A stretch of 64,000 nt of DNA. Source: Clostridia bacterium (GTDB lineage: Bacteria; Bacillota; Clostridia; UMGS1883; UMGS1540). Location of the stretch: contig JAZSIR010000006.1 in the NCBI GenBank assembly GCA_045533905.1, positions 1 to 64,000 of the forward strand. Reading direction: 5' to 3'. The notes under the pieces are model-generated. The model worked only from the letters and a program-made list of their open reading frames with translations, did not search any database and was not told the origin of the DNA. Below, in pieces: positions 44,661 to 55,403 of this stretch. Within the stretch, counting starts at the first letter, position 1. Each line of letters begins with the position of its first letter. Made by a program: the position numbers and the translations under genes.

Positions 44661-45974
44661 ATGAACGGCGAACTTTTGAATATCTGGAATCACGTTTTAC
44701 CGCTTATTGAGGAAGAGGTTACACCCGTGGGGTACAAGACCTGGATTTTATCCATTTCCCCCCAATCTTTCGAAAACGGTTTTCTGCACGTTTCGGTTCC
44801 GAACGATGTAAATAAGAATATGGTGGACCACCGCTACAAGGAGCTTATTCAGAACGCTTTCTATGAAATCTGCGGTAACCGCTGCACGCTTGTGGTGCAT
44901 ATCGGCACCGAAGAAGCCAAGGAAGAAAAGAAGGAAGCGGGCGCGGTGCGAAATCTCGGTATGCCGCTAAATCCAAAATATACGTTTGACAGCTTCGTTG
45001 TAGGTGGCTCGAACCGCTTTGCGCACGCGGCATCCCTTGCCGTTGCGGAAACACCTGCCAGAACCTATAATCCGCTCTTTTTATACGGCGGCGTAGGGCT
45101 TGGCAAAACGCATCTTCTCCACGCCATCGGCAATTTCATTATTGAAAATAACCACGATATGAAGGTTATGTACATCTCCTCCGAAACCTTCACAAACGAG
45201 CTTATCAATTCCATTAAGGATTCTAAAAATGATGAGTTCCGCGAAAAATACCGTTCTGTGGATGTTTTGATGGTGGATGACATACAATTCATCGCCGGTA
45301 AAAAGGTTACGGAAGAAGAGTTTTTTCATACGTTTAACACACTCTACGATGCGAATAAGCAGATTATTATCACGAGTGACCGTCCGCCAAAAGAAATTAA
45401 AACGCTTGAGGAACGGCTTCGCTCCCGCTTTGAATGGGGTATAATTGGCGACCTTTATGCACCGGACTATGAAACGCGCTTTGCAATTTTAAGAAAAAAA
45501 GCACAGCTTGAAAATATTGCCATCGGCGATGAAATCCTCGAAGTGATTGCCGATAAAATCACCTCGAACATCCGCGAGCTGGAAGGCGTTTTCAACCGCG
45601 TAATTGCCTACCGCGGCCTTATCAACAGCGAAATCACGATTGATGTGGCGCTCGATGCGATGAAGAGCTATCAGGCAACCGGAAAACCGCGTGCCACGGC
45701 AGACGAAATCGTCGATGCCTGCAGCGCTTTCTACCACGTGAAAAAAGAAGATATTATGAGCTCGAAAAAGCCAAACAATATCGCACGCGCACGGCAGGTT
45801 GCGATGTATTTGATGCGCGAAATTCTCGGTATGCCGAACCTCAAAATCGCCAAGTATTTTGATAAGCATCATACCACGATTTCCCACGGAATTGAAGTAG
45901 TGGAAAAAATGCTTCTTGAGGATCCTTCCTTCCAGATGGAAATCTCCACACTGAAGAAGGATATCACGGAGTAG
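44661..45974 (+). CDS. dnaA: replication initiator DnaA
   Basis: YNPLFLYGGVGLGKTHL, DDIQF, RLRSRF, NIRELEG. Confidence 0.98.
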   Translation: MNGELLNIWNHVLPLIEEEVTPVGYKTWILSISPQSFENGFLHVSVPNDVNKNMVDHRYKELIQNAFYEICGNRCTLVVHIGTEEAKEEKKEAGAVRNLGMPLNPKYTFDSFVVGGSNRFAHAASLAVAETPARTYNPLFLYGGVGLGKTHLLHAIGNFIIENNHDMKVMYISSETFTNELINSIKDSKNDEFREKYRSVDVLMVDDIQFIAGKKVTEEEFFHTFNTLYDANKQIIITSDRPPKEIKTLEERLRSRFEWGIIGDLYAPDYETRFAILRKKAQLENIAIGDEILEVIADKITSNIRELEGVFNRVIAYRGLINSEITIDVALDAMKSYQATGKPRATADEIVDACSAFYHVKKEDIMSSKKPNNIARARQVAMYLMREILGMPNLKIAKYFDKHHTTISHGIEVVEKMLLEDPSFQMEISTLKKDITE

Positions 45975-46075
45975 TTTTCCACACGATTACTTTCCGTATT
46001 TTAGGGAAAATTTTCCCTTTTCCGCACTTTGCACATACTCTACTATAAATACTATTTTATTTTATATATCTATCG
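45975..46075. other. oriC part 2: DnaA boxes and AT-rich unwinding element
   Basis: TTTTCCACA at 45975, degenerate boxes, then TACTCTACTATAAATACTATTTTATTTTATATAT (DnaA-trio-like, AT-rich). Confidence 0.7.
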
Positions 46076-46107
46076 CATTTTCGCGAAAACGAAGGAGGCT
46101 ACACAAG

Positions 46108-47223
46108 ATGATTTTTTCCTGCGAAAAACAAACACTTTCGGAAGCCGTTTCCGTTGTTATGAAAGCGGCAGGCACAAATCCCGCACTTCCTATATTGGAA
46201 GGTATTTTGATGAGCACGGATGCAGACAGCCTTGTGCTTGTTGCCAACAATCTCGAAATGGGTGTGGAATGCCGTATTCCCGCAAGTATTAAAGAAGACG
46301 GTGCAATCGTTACGGGTGATGTACGCGTTTTCTCGGAAGTCATCCGAAAGCTCCCTTCGGGCGAAGCTGACATCACGGTGCAGGATTCGTTTTCGATGAC
46401 CGTACAGAACGGCAAATCCGTCTATAACATTTTAGGAATGAACCCCGAAGAATTTCCGGATCTTCCCGAGGTACTGGAAGACTCGGGCATCACGCTTCCG
46501 GCCGAGGTTTTGAAAAAGATGATCCGCCAGACCGTTTTCGCCGCGGCACAGAAAAATGAAAGACCGCAGCTGACGGGCGTATATTTTGAAATTGAGCCGA
46601 CGGTTTTCCACATGGTCGCGCTTGACGGCTTCCGTATGGCAATTCATAATGAACCGCTTACGGAAAATCCCGATGAGGAACCGTACAGCTTCATCGTGCC
46701 GGCCAGAACGCTGCTCGAGCTTTCGAGAATCCTGCCGGATGACGACACACCGGTGCTTATCACCGCAAGCACGAAGCACGTTCTGTTTACTTTTAAGAAC
46801 ATTCGTCTCGTTTCGAGACTTTTGTCGGGCGAATATTTCCAGTATAAACAGATTATTCCCACCGATTTCAAAATTAAAACGATGCTGCCGCTGCGCGATA
46901 TTTTAACGTGTGTAGAACGTGCGGACCCGATTGTTTCGACGGATGTATACAAAAACCCCGTTATAATGACGCTTTCGGGCGATACGCTTTCGATTGACTG
47001 CGTTACGGCCGTAGGGAAGGCGCACGATGTAATTGAAATTCCCGACTGCGGCAGTGAAATCCGCATCGGCTTTAACCAGAGATACCTGCACGATGCACTC
47101 TCCGCCTGCGATACGGAGGCAATCGTGATGGAATTTAACGGAAGCCGTAACCCCTGCATCATAAAGCCGGCAGAAGGCGATGCATTCCTCTTTATGGTGC
47201 TGCCCGTCCGAATCAGCGAATAG
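46108..47223 (+). CDS. dnaN: DNA polymerase III beta clamp
   Basis: PILEG, ALDGFRMA, SRLLSGEY, IGFN, MVLPVR. Confidence 0.96.
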   Translation: MIFSCEKQTLSEAVSVVMKAAGTNPALPILEGILMSTDADSLVLVANNLEMGVECRIPASIKEDGAIVTGDVRVFSEVIRKLPSGEADITVQDSFSMTVQNGKSVYNILGMNPEEFPDLPEVLEDSGITLPAEVLKKMIRQTVFAAAQKNERPQLTGVYFEIEPTVFHMVALDGFRMAIHNEPLTENPDEEPYSFIVPARTLLELSRILPDDDTPVLITASTKHVLFTFKNIRLVSRLLSGEYFQYKQIIPTDFKIKTMLPLRDILTCVERADPIVSTDVYKNPVIMTLSGDTLSIDCVTAVGKAHDVIEIPDCGSEIRIGFNQRYLHDALSACDTEAIVMEFNGSRNPCIIKPAEGDAFLFMVLPVRISE

Positions 47224-47234
47224 GGGGATGTAAA

Positions 47235-47447
47235 ATGCAGGAAGAAGCCATCGTCCTTCGCGGCGAATATATAAAACTCGATCAGGCACTTAAATTTACC
47301 CTCGGCGTCGGTGGCGGCGAAGCAAAGGATATCATTTTGTCGGGCGCTGTCACGGTGAACGGCGAAGTGGAGACGCGGCGCGGCAAAAAGCTTCGCGGCG
47401 GCGACACGGTTTTATTTGAGGACGTTAAAATCACCATTTTGGAATAG
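47235..47447 (+). CDS. yaaA: S4-domain RNA-binding protein
   Basis: YIKLDQALK, GGEAK, VNGEVETRRGKKL. Confidence 0.9.
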   Translation: MQEEAIVLRGEYIKLDQALKFTLGVGGGEAKDIILSGAVTVNGEVETRRGKKLRGGDTVLFEDVKITILE

Positions 47448-47456
47448 GAAAAAAGG

Positions 47457-48548
47457 ATGTTTGTAAGAAGGCTGACTCTTCGGGACTTTCGAAATTATAA
47501 AGACGCCGATGTGCATTTTTCGCCGGGGCATACTTTAATTTACGGCGAGAATGCGCACGGAAAAACAAACCTTTTGGAAGCGCTCTGGCTTTTCACGGCC
47601 GCAAAGAGCTTCCGCACCGGGCAAGATAGCGAAATGATTCGCTTTTCGGCCGAGGAAGCACGCGTGCGCGCAGAATTTACCGCGTTTTCGCGTGAGCAGT
47701 CGGCAGAAATCACAATTTCACAGGGGAAGCGCAAGCTCGTTAAGATGGGCGGCGCGCCGCTTTCGAAAACGAGTGAGATTTTAGGGCAGTTTCCCGCGGT
47801 GATTTTCAGCCCCGATGAACTGCATATCATTACCGGCTCGCCCGAGGTGCGAAGGCGGTTTATGGATAGCGCCATTTCCGCGGCAAAGCCGCTTTATTAT
47901 AGCGCACTGCATACGTATATAAGAGCTTGGAAGCAGAAAAATGCGCTTCTTAAAATCAATCCGAAAAAGGAAGAGCTCGCGGTCTGGAATGAAAAGCTTG
48001 CAGAGTGCGGCGCGCGCGTAATGCTGGAAAGAGACCGGTTTTTCCGCGCCCTTGCGCCGTTTGCGGCCGAAATGCACCGGATGGTGGCGGGCAAAAACGA
48101 GGTTCTTTCCGTTTCCTATGCACCGAGTGTGCCGATGAAGGAAAATGTGGAAGAGCAAAAAGAATTTTTATATGCACAGCTCATGAAGAAAGCTGACGCG
48201 GAACTCTCGCAGGGCCTATCGCTCCTTGGCCCGCACCGGGATGAAATCCGCTTTTTGATTGACGGAAAAGACGCCCGTGCCTTTGCTTCCCAAGGGCAAA
48301 TGCGCACGGCGGCTGTTTCCGTAAAGATTGCCCAGGGGCGCCTTCTCGAAGAAGAGACGGGTGAAGCGCCCGCCGTCTTTTTAGACGATATTTTAGGAGA
48401 GCTTGACGGCAGAAGGCGAACACTTCTCCTTGAAAGTCTTTTGAAAAATCAGGTGATTCTCACCTGCACGGAAAAGGAAGCCGTGAAGGTGGAAGGCGAT
48501 GTAAACTACATCGAGGTGAAGGAGGGGACGGCGTGTATATCCACATAG
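47457..48548 (+). CDS. recF: DNA replication/repair protein RecF
   Basis: FRNY, GENAHGKTN, GPHRD, SQGQ, LDDILGELD. Confidence 0.95.
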   Translation: MFVRRLTLRDFRNYKDADVHFSPGHTLIYGENAHGKTNLLEALWLFTAAKSFRTGQDSEMIRFSAEEARVRAEFTAFSREQSAEITISQGKRKLVKMGGAPLSKTSEILGQFPAVIFSPDELHIITGSPEVRRRFMDSAISAAKPLYYSALHTYIRAWKQKNALLKINPKKEELAVWNEKLAECGARVMLERDRFFRALAPFAAEMHRMVAGKNEVLSVSYAPSVPMKENVEEQKEFLYAQLMKKADAELSQGLSLLGPHRDEIRFLIDGKDARAFASQGQMRTAAVSVKIAQGRLLEEETGEAPAVFLDDILGELDGRRRTLLLESLLKNQVILTCTEKEAVKVEGDVNYIEVKEGTACIST

Positions 48549-48796
48549 GCGGCGACTATGCCCTCCCGGTTTCCGAGATTGTGGGCATTATGGATATCGA
48601 AAATACAAGTACATCTGCGGTAACGCGCGAATTTTTGCGAAAAAAGGAACAGGAAGGGAAGGTCATAAACACCGCGCCCGACCTTCCGAAATCCTTTGTG
48701 GTTACAAAAACGAATGTGTATATCACCCCTGTCACGGCGGCCACACTTGAAAAACGGTGCCGGCTGTGGGCAAAAAAGGCAGGAAGAAAGGAATAA
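48533..48796 (+). CDS. DUF370 / RemB-like protein
   Basis: MYIHIG, PKSFVVT, TLEKR; conserved recF-gyrB position. Confidence 0.85.
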   Translation: MYIHIGGDYALPVSEIVGIMDIENTSTSAVTREFLRKKEQEGKVINTAPDLPKSFVVTKTNVYITPVTAATLEKRCRLWAKKAGRKE

Positions 48797-48800
48797 AGGT

Positions 48801-50705
48801 ATGCAGGAACAGATTGAAAAATATGACGGTAGTCAAATTCAGGTTCTGGAAGGACTGGAAGCAGTACGAAAACGCCCCGGTATGTACATCGGCTCCACTT
48901 CGTCGATGGGTCTTCACCATCTCGTGTATGAGATTGTGGATAACTCGATTGACGAAGCACTTGCGGGCTTTTGTACCCATATCGAAATTGCGATTGAGGC
49001 GGATAATTCCATCACCGTAACCGATAACGGCCGCGGTATTCCCGTAAGTATTCAGCCGCAGACGGGGCTTCCGGCTGTTGAGGTTGTATTTACGGTTCTC
49101 CACGCCGGCGGTAAGTTCGGCGGCGGCGGATACAAGGTTTCGGGCGGTCTTCACGGCGTTGGTGCTTCGGTTGTAAACGCCCTTTCCGAAAGCCTTGAGG
49201 TAAACGTATATACCGACGGGGAGGAATACCACCAGAGCTATGCAAGAGGCAATGTAACCTGCCCGCTTACAAAACTCGGCAAAACGGACAAGCGCGGCAC
49301 CCGCGTTCACTTTAAGCCCGACCCCGAGATTTTTGAAGACCTTATTTATGACTACGAAGTTCTCCTCCGGCGTATGCGCGAGCAGGCCTTCCTAAACGGC
49401 GGCGTGAAAATCACGCTCGAAGATAAGCGCGAAGAGGGAAGACGCGATGTTCTTCTTTATGAAGGCGGTATTCGTCAGTTCGTAGAACACCTCAACAAAA
49501 ACAAAACGCCGCTGCACGAAAGCGTTATCTACATCGAAGCCGATGAAGACGTGAGAAGCGCGCAGATTGCACTTCAGTATACAGATAGCTACGCCGAAAC
49601 GGTAATAAGCTTTGCAAACGATATTAAAACCACCGAAGGCGGTATGCATGAGACAGGCTTTAGGGCAGGTCTTACGAAGGTTTTAAATGACTATGCAAGA
49701 AAAATTAAAGTGCTGAAAGACAGCGATGCAAACCTTTCCGGCGAAGACGTTCGCGAAGGCGTTACGGCCATCATCAGCGTAAAACTCCAGGAAGCGCAGT
49801 TTGAAGGGCAGACGAAAACGAAGCTCGGCAACAGCGAAATGCGAACGCTTGTAGAACGCCTTATTAACGAAAAGCTTGCCACGTTCCTCGAAGAAAATCC
49901 CACCGTGGGCCGCGTAATTATCGAAAAAGCACTCGCTTCCTCTCGTGCACGCGAAGCCGCACGCCGCGCGCGCGATAACGAAAGAAAGAAATCCGGTCTT
50001 GAAAGCCTTTCCCTTCCGGGAAAACTTGCCGACTGCTCGTCCCGCGATAACACGTTTACCGAAGTGTACATCGTTGAGGGTGATAGTGCCGGCGGCTCCG
50101 CAAAGCAAGGGCGTGACCGAAAGTTTCAGGCCATTTTGCCGCTTTGGGGCAAGATGCTGAACGTTGAAAAAAGCCGCATTGATAAAGTAATCGGCAACGA
50201 TAAGCTCACCCCCGTCATCACCGCCATCGGTGCAGGCATTGGGGAGGACTTTAATATCGAAAAGGTGCGCTACGGCAAGATTATTATTATGGCCGATGCT
50301 GACGTTGACGGCTCGCACATCCGTACGCTTCTTTTAACCTTCTTCTTCCGCTTTATGCGCCCGCTTATCGATAACGGCCGCATCTATCTCGCCCAGCCGC
50401 CGCTTTATAAAGTGTTTAAGGGCAAGAAAGAAAAATATGCGTATAACGAAGAAGAACTCGCACTCGCACTGCAGGAAATCGGTTCCGACGCTACCGTGCA
50501 GCGCTATAAGGGTCTTGGTGAAATGAACGCCGAGCAGCTTTGGGAAACGACGATGAACCCCGAAACAAGAACGCTTGTACAGGTGACGCTCGAAGACGCT
50601 GTGGCTGCAGACGAAATTTTCACCATTTTGATGGGCGACAAGGTAGAGCCGCGCCGCGATTATATTATCGAACACGCCAGAAGCGTTCGCAATCTCGATA
50701 TTTAA
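48801..50705 (+). CDS. gyrB: DNA gyrase subunit B
   Basis: [33 protein letters not shown]. Confidence 0.97.
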   Translation: MQEQIEKYDGSQIQVLEGLEAVRKRPGMYIGSTSSMGLHHLVYEIVDNSIDEALAGFCTHIEIAIEADNSITVTDNGRGIPVSIQPQTGLPAVEVVFTVLHAGGKFGGGGYKVSGGLHGVGASVVNALSESLEVNVYTDGEEYHQSYARGNVTCPLTKLGKTDKRGTRVHFKPDPEIFEDLIYDYEVLLRRMREQAFLNGGVKITLEDKREEGRRDVLLYEGGIRQFVEHLNKNKTPLHESVIYIEADEDVRSAQIALQYTDSYAETVISFANDIKTTEGGMHETGFRAGLTKVLNDYARKIKVLKDSDANLSGEDVREGVTAIISVKLQEAQFEGQTKTKLGNSEMRTLVERLINEKLATFLEENPTVGRVIIEKALASSRAREAARRARDNERKKSGLESLSLPGKLADCSSRDNTFTEVYIVEGDSAGGSAKQGRDRKFQAILPLWGKMLNVEKSRIDKVIGNDKLTPVITAIGAGIGEDFNIEKVRYGKIIIMADADVDGSHIRTLLLTFFFRFMRPLIDNGRIYLAQPPLYKVFKGKKEKYAYNEEELALALQEIGSDATVQRYKGLGEMNAEQLWETTMNPETRTLVQVTLEDAVAADEIFTILMGDKVEPRRDYIIEHARSVRNLDI

Positions 50706-50719
50706 GGAGGGAATAAAAA

Positions 50720-53170
50720 ATGTTTAATACAGAAAATGAAAAAATTATTCCCGTCGAGATAAGCCGGGAGATGAAAACCGCGTATATTGACTACGCGATG
50801 AGTGTTATTATCGGCCGCGCACTTCCCGATGTGCGCGACGGTTTAAAACCCGTACACCGCCGCATTCTCTACACGATGAATGAAGACGGCACCACCGCGG
50901 ATAAGCCGTACCGTAAGTGCGCCACCACCGTCGGTGACGTTCTTGATCGTTACCATCCGCACGGTGACGCTTCCGTATACGATGCGCTCGTTCGTCTTGC
51001 GCAGGACTTCTCGCTTCGCTATATGCTTATTGACGGGCAGGGTAACTTCGGTTCCGTTGACGGTGACCCCCCTGCTGCCTACCGTTACACAGAATCGAGA
51101 ATGTCGCGCCTTGCACACGAGATGGTGGCCGATATCGAAAAGGACACGGTAGACTTTACGCCGAACTTCGATGAACGCCTCAAAGAACCCGTGGTGCTTC
51201 CGTCGCGCTTCCCGAACCTTCTTGTAAACGGTTCTTCGGGTATCGCCGTTGGTATGGCCACAAATATTCCGCCGCATAACCTCGGCGAAGTGGTAGATGC
51301 CATAAACGCTATGCTCGATGACCCCGAAATTTCCATTGAGGAAATTATGGAATACATTAAGGGGCCCGACTTCCCGACGGCAGGTTTAATTCTCGGCAGA
51401 AGCGGCATCCGCAGTATGTACACAAACGGCCGCGGCCACATCATTATGCGCGCGCGTGCCGAAATCGAAGAAAAGAACGGCAGAGAAAGAATTGTGGTTA
51501 CGGAAATTCCGTATCAGGTCAATAAAGCACGCCTTATCCAGAAAATTGCAGAGCTTGTAAAGGATAAGCGCATTGAAGGCATCTCTGACATTCGCGACGA
51601 GAGTGACAGAGAGGGTATGAGCATCGTAATCGAGCTTCGCCGCGAGGCAAACGCGAACGTAGTCTTAAATCAGCTTTACAAAAATACACAGATGCAGGAA
51701 ACCTTCGGCGCCATTATGCTCGCGATTGTAGACGGGCAGCCGCAAATTCTGAACATTAAAGAAATGCTCTGGCATTACATCACGTTCCAGGAAGAGGTTA
51801 TCCGCCGCCGCACCGCTTTTGATAAGAAAAAGGCGGAAGCGCGCGCACATATTTTGGAAGGTCTCAGAATCGCGCTTGACCATATCGACGAAATTATTCG
51901 CCTTATTCGCGAAAGCTATAACGATGCAAAGCCGCGCCTTATGGAAGCGTTTGGTCTTTCCGATGTGCAGGCACAGGCCATTCTCGATATGCGCCTTGCA
52001 AGATTGCAGGGTCTCGAACGCGAGAAGATTGAAGCCGAATACAAGGAACTTATGGAAAAAATCGCGTACTACACCGAGGTTCTTGCCAATGAATCTATGG
52101 TGCGCGATATCATTAAAGAAGAGCTCGGCGTAATCCGTGATAAGTACGGCGACGAGCGCCGCACCGAAATTACCGCGATGGTCGGCGATATTGACGACGA
52201 GGATATGATTGACGAAGAGGAATGTGTATTTACGCTTACCCACTTTGGCTACATTAAGCGTATCCCCGCCTCCACCTACAGAAGCCAGCGCCGTGGCGGC
52301 CGCGGTATCTCGGGTCTCTCCACCCGCGAGGAGGACTTTGTAGAAACGCTCTTCACCGCATCCACACATGCAAACATTCTGTTCTTTACAAACCGCGGCA
52401 GAATGTATCATATTAAGGGGTATCAAATTCCCGAGGCAGGAAGACAAGCGAAGGGTACAGCCATTGTAAACCTTCTCCCGCTTGCGCCCGAGGAAAAGAT
52501 TACCACGATGCTCGGCGTCCGCCACTTTGAAGAAGACAGCGCCCTTATTATGGCCACCCGTATGGGCACCATTAAAAAGACGATGCTTTCCGAATTCAAT
52601 ACGGCACGCCGCGGCGGGTTAAATGCCATCGGCTTAAACGAAGGCGATGAGCTTATCTCCGTCCACCTCGTCCGTCCTGAGGATAACGTCCTCGTCGGCA
52701 CACACGACGGTATGGCCATCCGCTTTATGGAAAGCGATGTTCGCCCGATGGGCAGAACGGCGCACGGCGTACGCGCGATTAAGCTTCGCGCGGGCGACTA
52801 TGTCATCGGTATGACGTGTGCGCGCGCCGAGGCTGAGCTACTCGTTGTAACCGAAGGCGGCTACGGCAAGCGTACTACGCTTGATGCCTACAAAATCCAG
52901 TCGCGCGGCGGTATCGGTATCCGTACGTATAAGATTACGCCGCAGACAGGCAGCGTCGTTGGCATCAGCACCGTCACGGACAGTGAGGATATTATGATGA
53001 TTACAAGCGAAGGCATCATTATCCGGCAGGCCGCTTCCGGCATTTCGAGCATCGGCCGAAATACACAGGGCGTTCGTCTCATCCGTATGGAGGAAGACGT
53101 CCGCGTCGTATCCATCGCCCTCACCGAACACGAGGACGAAGAGGAAGAAGCCGCAGAAACAGAAGAATAA
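50720..53170 (+). CDS. gyrA: DNA gyrase subunit A
   Basis: YHPHGD, AAYRYTE, GyrA-box QRRGGRG; terminator at 53175-53204. Confidence 0.97.
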   Translation: MFNTENEKIIPVEISREMKTAYIDYAMSVIIGRALPDVRDGLKPVHRRILYTMNEDGTTADKPYRKCATTVGDVLDRYHPHGDASVYDALVRLAQDFSLRYMLIDGQGNFGSVDGDPPAAYRYTESRMSRLAHEMVADIEKDTVDFTPNFDERLKEPVVLPSRFPNLLVNGSSGIAVGMATNIPPHNLGEVVDAINAMLDDPEISIEEIMEYIKGPDFPTAGLILGRSGIRSMYTNGRGHIIMRARAEIEEKNGRERIVVTEIPYQVNKARLIQKIAELVKDKRIEGISDIRDESDREGMSIVIELRREANANVVLNQLYKNTQMQETFGAIMLAIVDGQPQILNIKEMLWHYITFQEEVIRRRTAFDKKKAEARAHILEGLRIALDHIDEIIRLIRESYNDAKPRLMEAFGLSDVQAQAILDMRLARLQGLEREKIEAEYKELMEKIAYYTEVLANESMVRDIIKEELGVIRDKYGDERRTEITAMVGDIDDEDMIDEEECVFTLTHFGYIKRIPASTYRSQRRGGRGISGLSTREEDFVETLFTASTHANILFFTNRGRMYHIKGYQIPEAGRQAKGTAIVNLLPLAPEEKITTMLGVRHFEEDSALIMATRMGTIKKTMLSEFNTARRGGLNAIGLNEGDELISVHLVRPEDNVLVGTHDGMAIRFMESDVRPMGRTAHGVRAIKLRAGDYVIGMTCARAEAELLVVTEGGYGKRTTLDAYKIQSRGGIGIRTYKITPQTGSVVGISTVTDSEDIMMITSEGIIIRQAASGISSIGRNTQGVRLIRMEEDVRVVSIALTEHEDEEEEAAETEE

Positions 53171-53346
53171 AAACAAAAACCCCCGAAAAATTTCGGGGGT
53201 TTTTCCTTGCTTCTTTTCCGCGGATGTGGTATACTGGAAAATGGAGGGTTGTTCCCCGAGATGGCATATCCGAAAACGAAGAAGAATACGATAGGTTGAC
53301 AAGAAAAGAAATCCGTGGAATCCGGAGATAGAGGAAAGGCAAAATT

Positions 53347-54441
53347 ATGGGAAAACGAGTGCTTTGCATCCTTTTGGCGGTGCTTTGTATCCTGCCCGCG
53401 GGATGCTCAAAAAACGAAAACGGCGGAAAAGTAAAATATAAAATCGGCGTGGTTACGGGAAGCGAAAACCGCGGCGAGGCCTTTTATGCGGCCGCGCGCC
53501 TTGCCGAAAACCCCGCATTTTTGGTGCGCACGTATTCTGACGAGATGAAAAGCGAGGAAACGGTTTCCATCTGCACGGAGCTTGCAGAGGATCCGGCCGT
53601 TCGCGCCATTGTCTTCGTCCGCGCCATTGCCGGCATTGACGAGGCCATCCGGAAAGTAAAGGAAACGCGGTCCGATATTTTGTTTATCGCAGGGGCCCTT
53701 ACCGAGGATGCCGGCTTTGTGGCACAGACGGCTGACCTTGTTTTAGCGGAAGATATGGTTGCGATGGGGCGCGAAATCGTAAACGAAGCGTACCGTATGG
53801 GCGCAAAGAAATTTATTCATTACACGTTTGCGCGGCATCTGATGCGCGAGCCCGTTCTGCGCCGCCGCGAAACTATGGTGGCAAGATGCGAAGAGCTCGG
53901 CATAAGCTTTATGGATATCACAACGCCTGACCCCCTAAATGCCGAAGGGGGCGCAGAGGAAGCGAAAAGCTTTATTTTGGAGGATGTGCCCGAGCAGGTC
54001 GGCAACTACGGCGCGAACACCGCATTTTATGCTACCGACTGCACGATAGCGCCTGAACTTATCCGCGCCGTTATGGAAAGCGGCGCGCTCTATCCGCAGC
54101 CGTGCTGTCCCTCACCGTTCCATGGGTTTACCGAGGCGCTTGGTGTAGATGCAGGCGGCTATGATGAGCCGAATCGCGTTTTGCGCGAGGTGGCGGCAGG
54201 CATCACGCCCTACGGCAACACCGGCCATATGGCCACCTGGCCCGTATCGGCTGAAATTCTTATGGTGGAAGTGGGTATCGAATATGCCCGTGCCTATTGC
54301 GAGGGCAAGGTGAAAAAGGAGATTGACCGCGAAACGCTCGACGCGATTTTTGATGAAAAATCGGGCGGCCGCGCCACACTTTCCGAAATGGCCCACGCGA
54401 AAAACTGCTTCCTGTTCCTCTGCGAGCCGTATATGCTGTAA
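53347..54441 (+). CDS. DUF3798-family lipoprotein (solute-binding-like)
   Basis: Lipobox LPAGC; GAKKFIHYTFARH, TTPDP, PQPCCPSP motifs. Confidence 0.75.
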   Translation: MGKRVLCILLAVLCILPAGCSKNENGGKVKYKIGVVTGSENRGEAFYAAARLAENPAFLVRTYSDEMKSEETVSICTELAEDPAVRAIVFVRAIAGIDEAIRKVKETRSDILFIAGALTEDAGFVAQTADLVLAEDMVAMGREIVNEAYRMGAKKFIHYTFARHLMREPVLRRRETMVARCEELGISFMDITTPDPLNAEGGAEEAKSFILEDVPEQVGNYGANTAFYATDCTIAPELIRAVMESGALYPQPCCPSPFHGFTEALGVDAGGYDEPNRVLREVAAGITPYGNTGHMATWPVSAEILMVEVGIEYARAYCEGKVKKEIDRETLDAIFDEKSGGRATLSEMAHAKNCFLFLCEPYML

Positions 54442-54444
54442 CGA

Positions 54445-54548
54445 TGAAATAAAGGAATAATGAAGTCGCTACGCTGATGAATATTGAATAATGAAAAATT
54501 AATGAAGAAAATCGCATTTGCGATTTTCAACCACAATTATTCATTTTG
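54445..54548 (+). repeat. solo heptamer-repeat element related to 39160-39207
   Basis: GAATAATGAAGTCGC..GCTGATGAATATTGAATAAT aligns with the reverse complement of 39160-39200. Confidence 0.65.
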
Positions 54549-54600
54549 CAGGTGGCATCTAGATTGTACAGTCTTTATATGCGGCTGTAAGGAGAACGCC

Positions 54601-55398
54601 ATGATTATAAAAAAAGAAAAAAACGGCGTGCCGTTTTATGCGCCGTTTTCAAAAGTTTCGTTTTGCGCCGCCGCGATTACCACGCGCGAAGGCGGCGTAT
54701 CAAAAGGGCACCTCGCCTCTTTAAATCTCGGCACAAGATGCGGCGACAGCGAGGAGAACGTGCGCGAGAATTTACGGCGCGTAGCCGAGGCGGTGGGGTT
54801 TGATCCCGAAAAAACCGTTCTCACAAACCAGAAGCACACGAAAAATGTGCGCCGCGTATATAAAGAGGACGCGGGCGTCGGCATTTTGTCGCCCCGGTTT
54901 CCCGAGGGCGTGGATGCGATTATTACAGACGAAATGGATTTGCCGCTACTTGCCTATTTTGCCGACTGTGTGCCCGTTTTATTTTGCGACAGAGAGACAC
55001 ACGCCGTAGGCGTTTGCCATAGCGGCTGGCGCGGCACCGTGCAGAAGATTGCGGGTGCGGTTGTGCGCGAAATGCAAAAGGAATTCGGTACAAAGCCCGA
55101 AAATCTCTATGCCGTAATCGGCCCGCATATCGGAAAATGCTGCTTTGAGGTTGACGAACCCGTGCATCTTGCATTTTTGGCCGCGTTTCCAAAAGAGGGC
55201 GGCTTTTCCGCGCAGCGCGGGGAGAAATATCATATTGACCTTACGGGTGCCATAGTAAAAACGCTCGAGGACGCGGGCGTTTCCCATATAGAAGCGATGG
55301 AAAACTGCACCGTGTGCGAAAGCGAAACCTTCTTTTCGCACCGGAAAACCGGCGGGCGGCGCGGATGCTTTGGCGCCGTCATCGTCAGGAAGGAATAG
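54601..55398 (+). CDS. pgeF: peptidoglycan editing factor PgeF (YfiH/YlmD)
   Basis: TREGGVS, SLNLG, ADCVP, HSGWRG, GPHI, FSHR. Confidence 0.92.
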   Translation: MIIKKEKNGVPFYAPFSKVSFCAAAITTREGGVSKGHLASLNLGTRCGDSEENVRENLRRVAEAVGFDPEKTVLTNQKHTKNVRRVYKEDAGVGILSPRFPEGVDAIITDEMDLPLLAYFADCVPVLFCDRETHAVGVCHSGWRGTVQKIAGAVVREMQKEFGTKPENLYAVIGPHIGKCCFEVDEPVHLAFLAAFPKEGGFSAQRGEKYHIDLTGAIVKTLEDAGVSHIEAMENCTVCESETFFSHRKTGGRRGCFGAVIVRKE

Positions 55399-55403
55399 GT
55401 GCT

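Noticed and set aside
47221-47237. GGGATGTAAAA after the dnaN stop, resembling the R1 start
   Set aside because: It is the RBS and start region of yaaA; none of the R1 stems follow
50125-50165. GyrB PLWGK instead of PLRGK
   Set aside because: As far as I recall this variant is common in ruminococcal/oscillospiral GyrB, so it is not treated as novel
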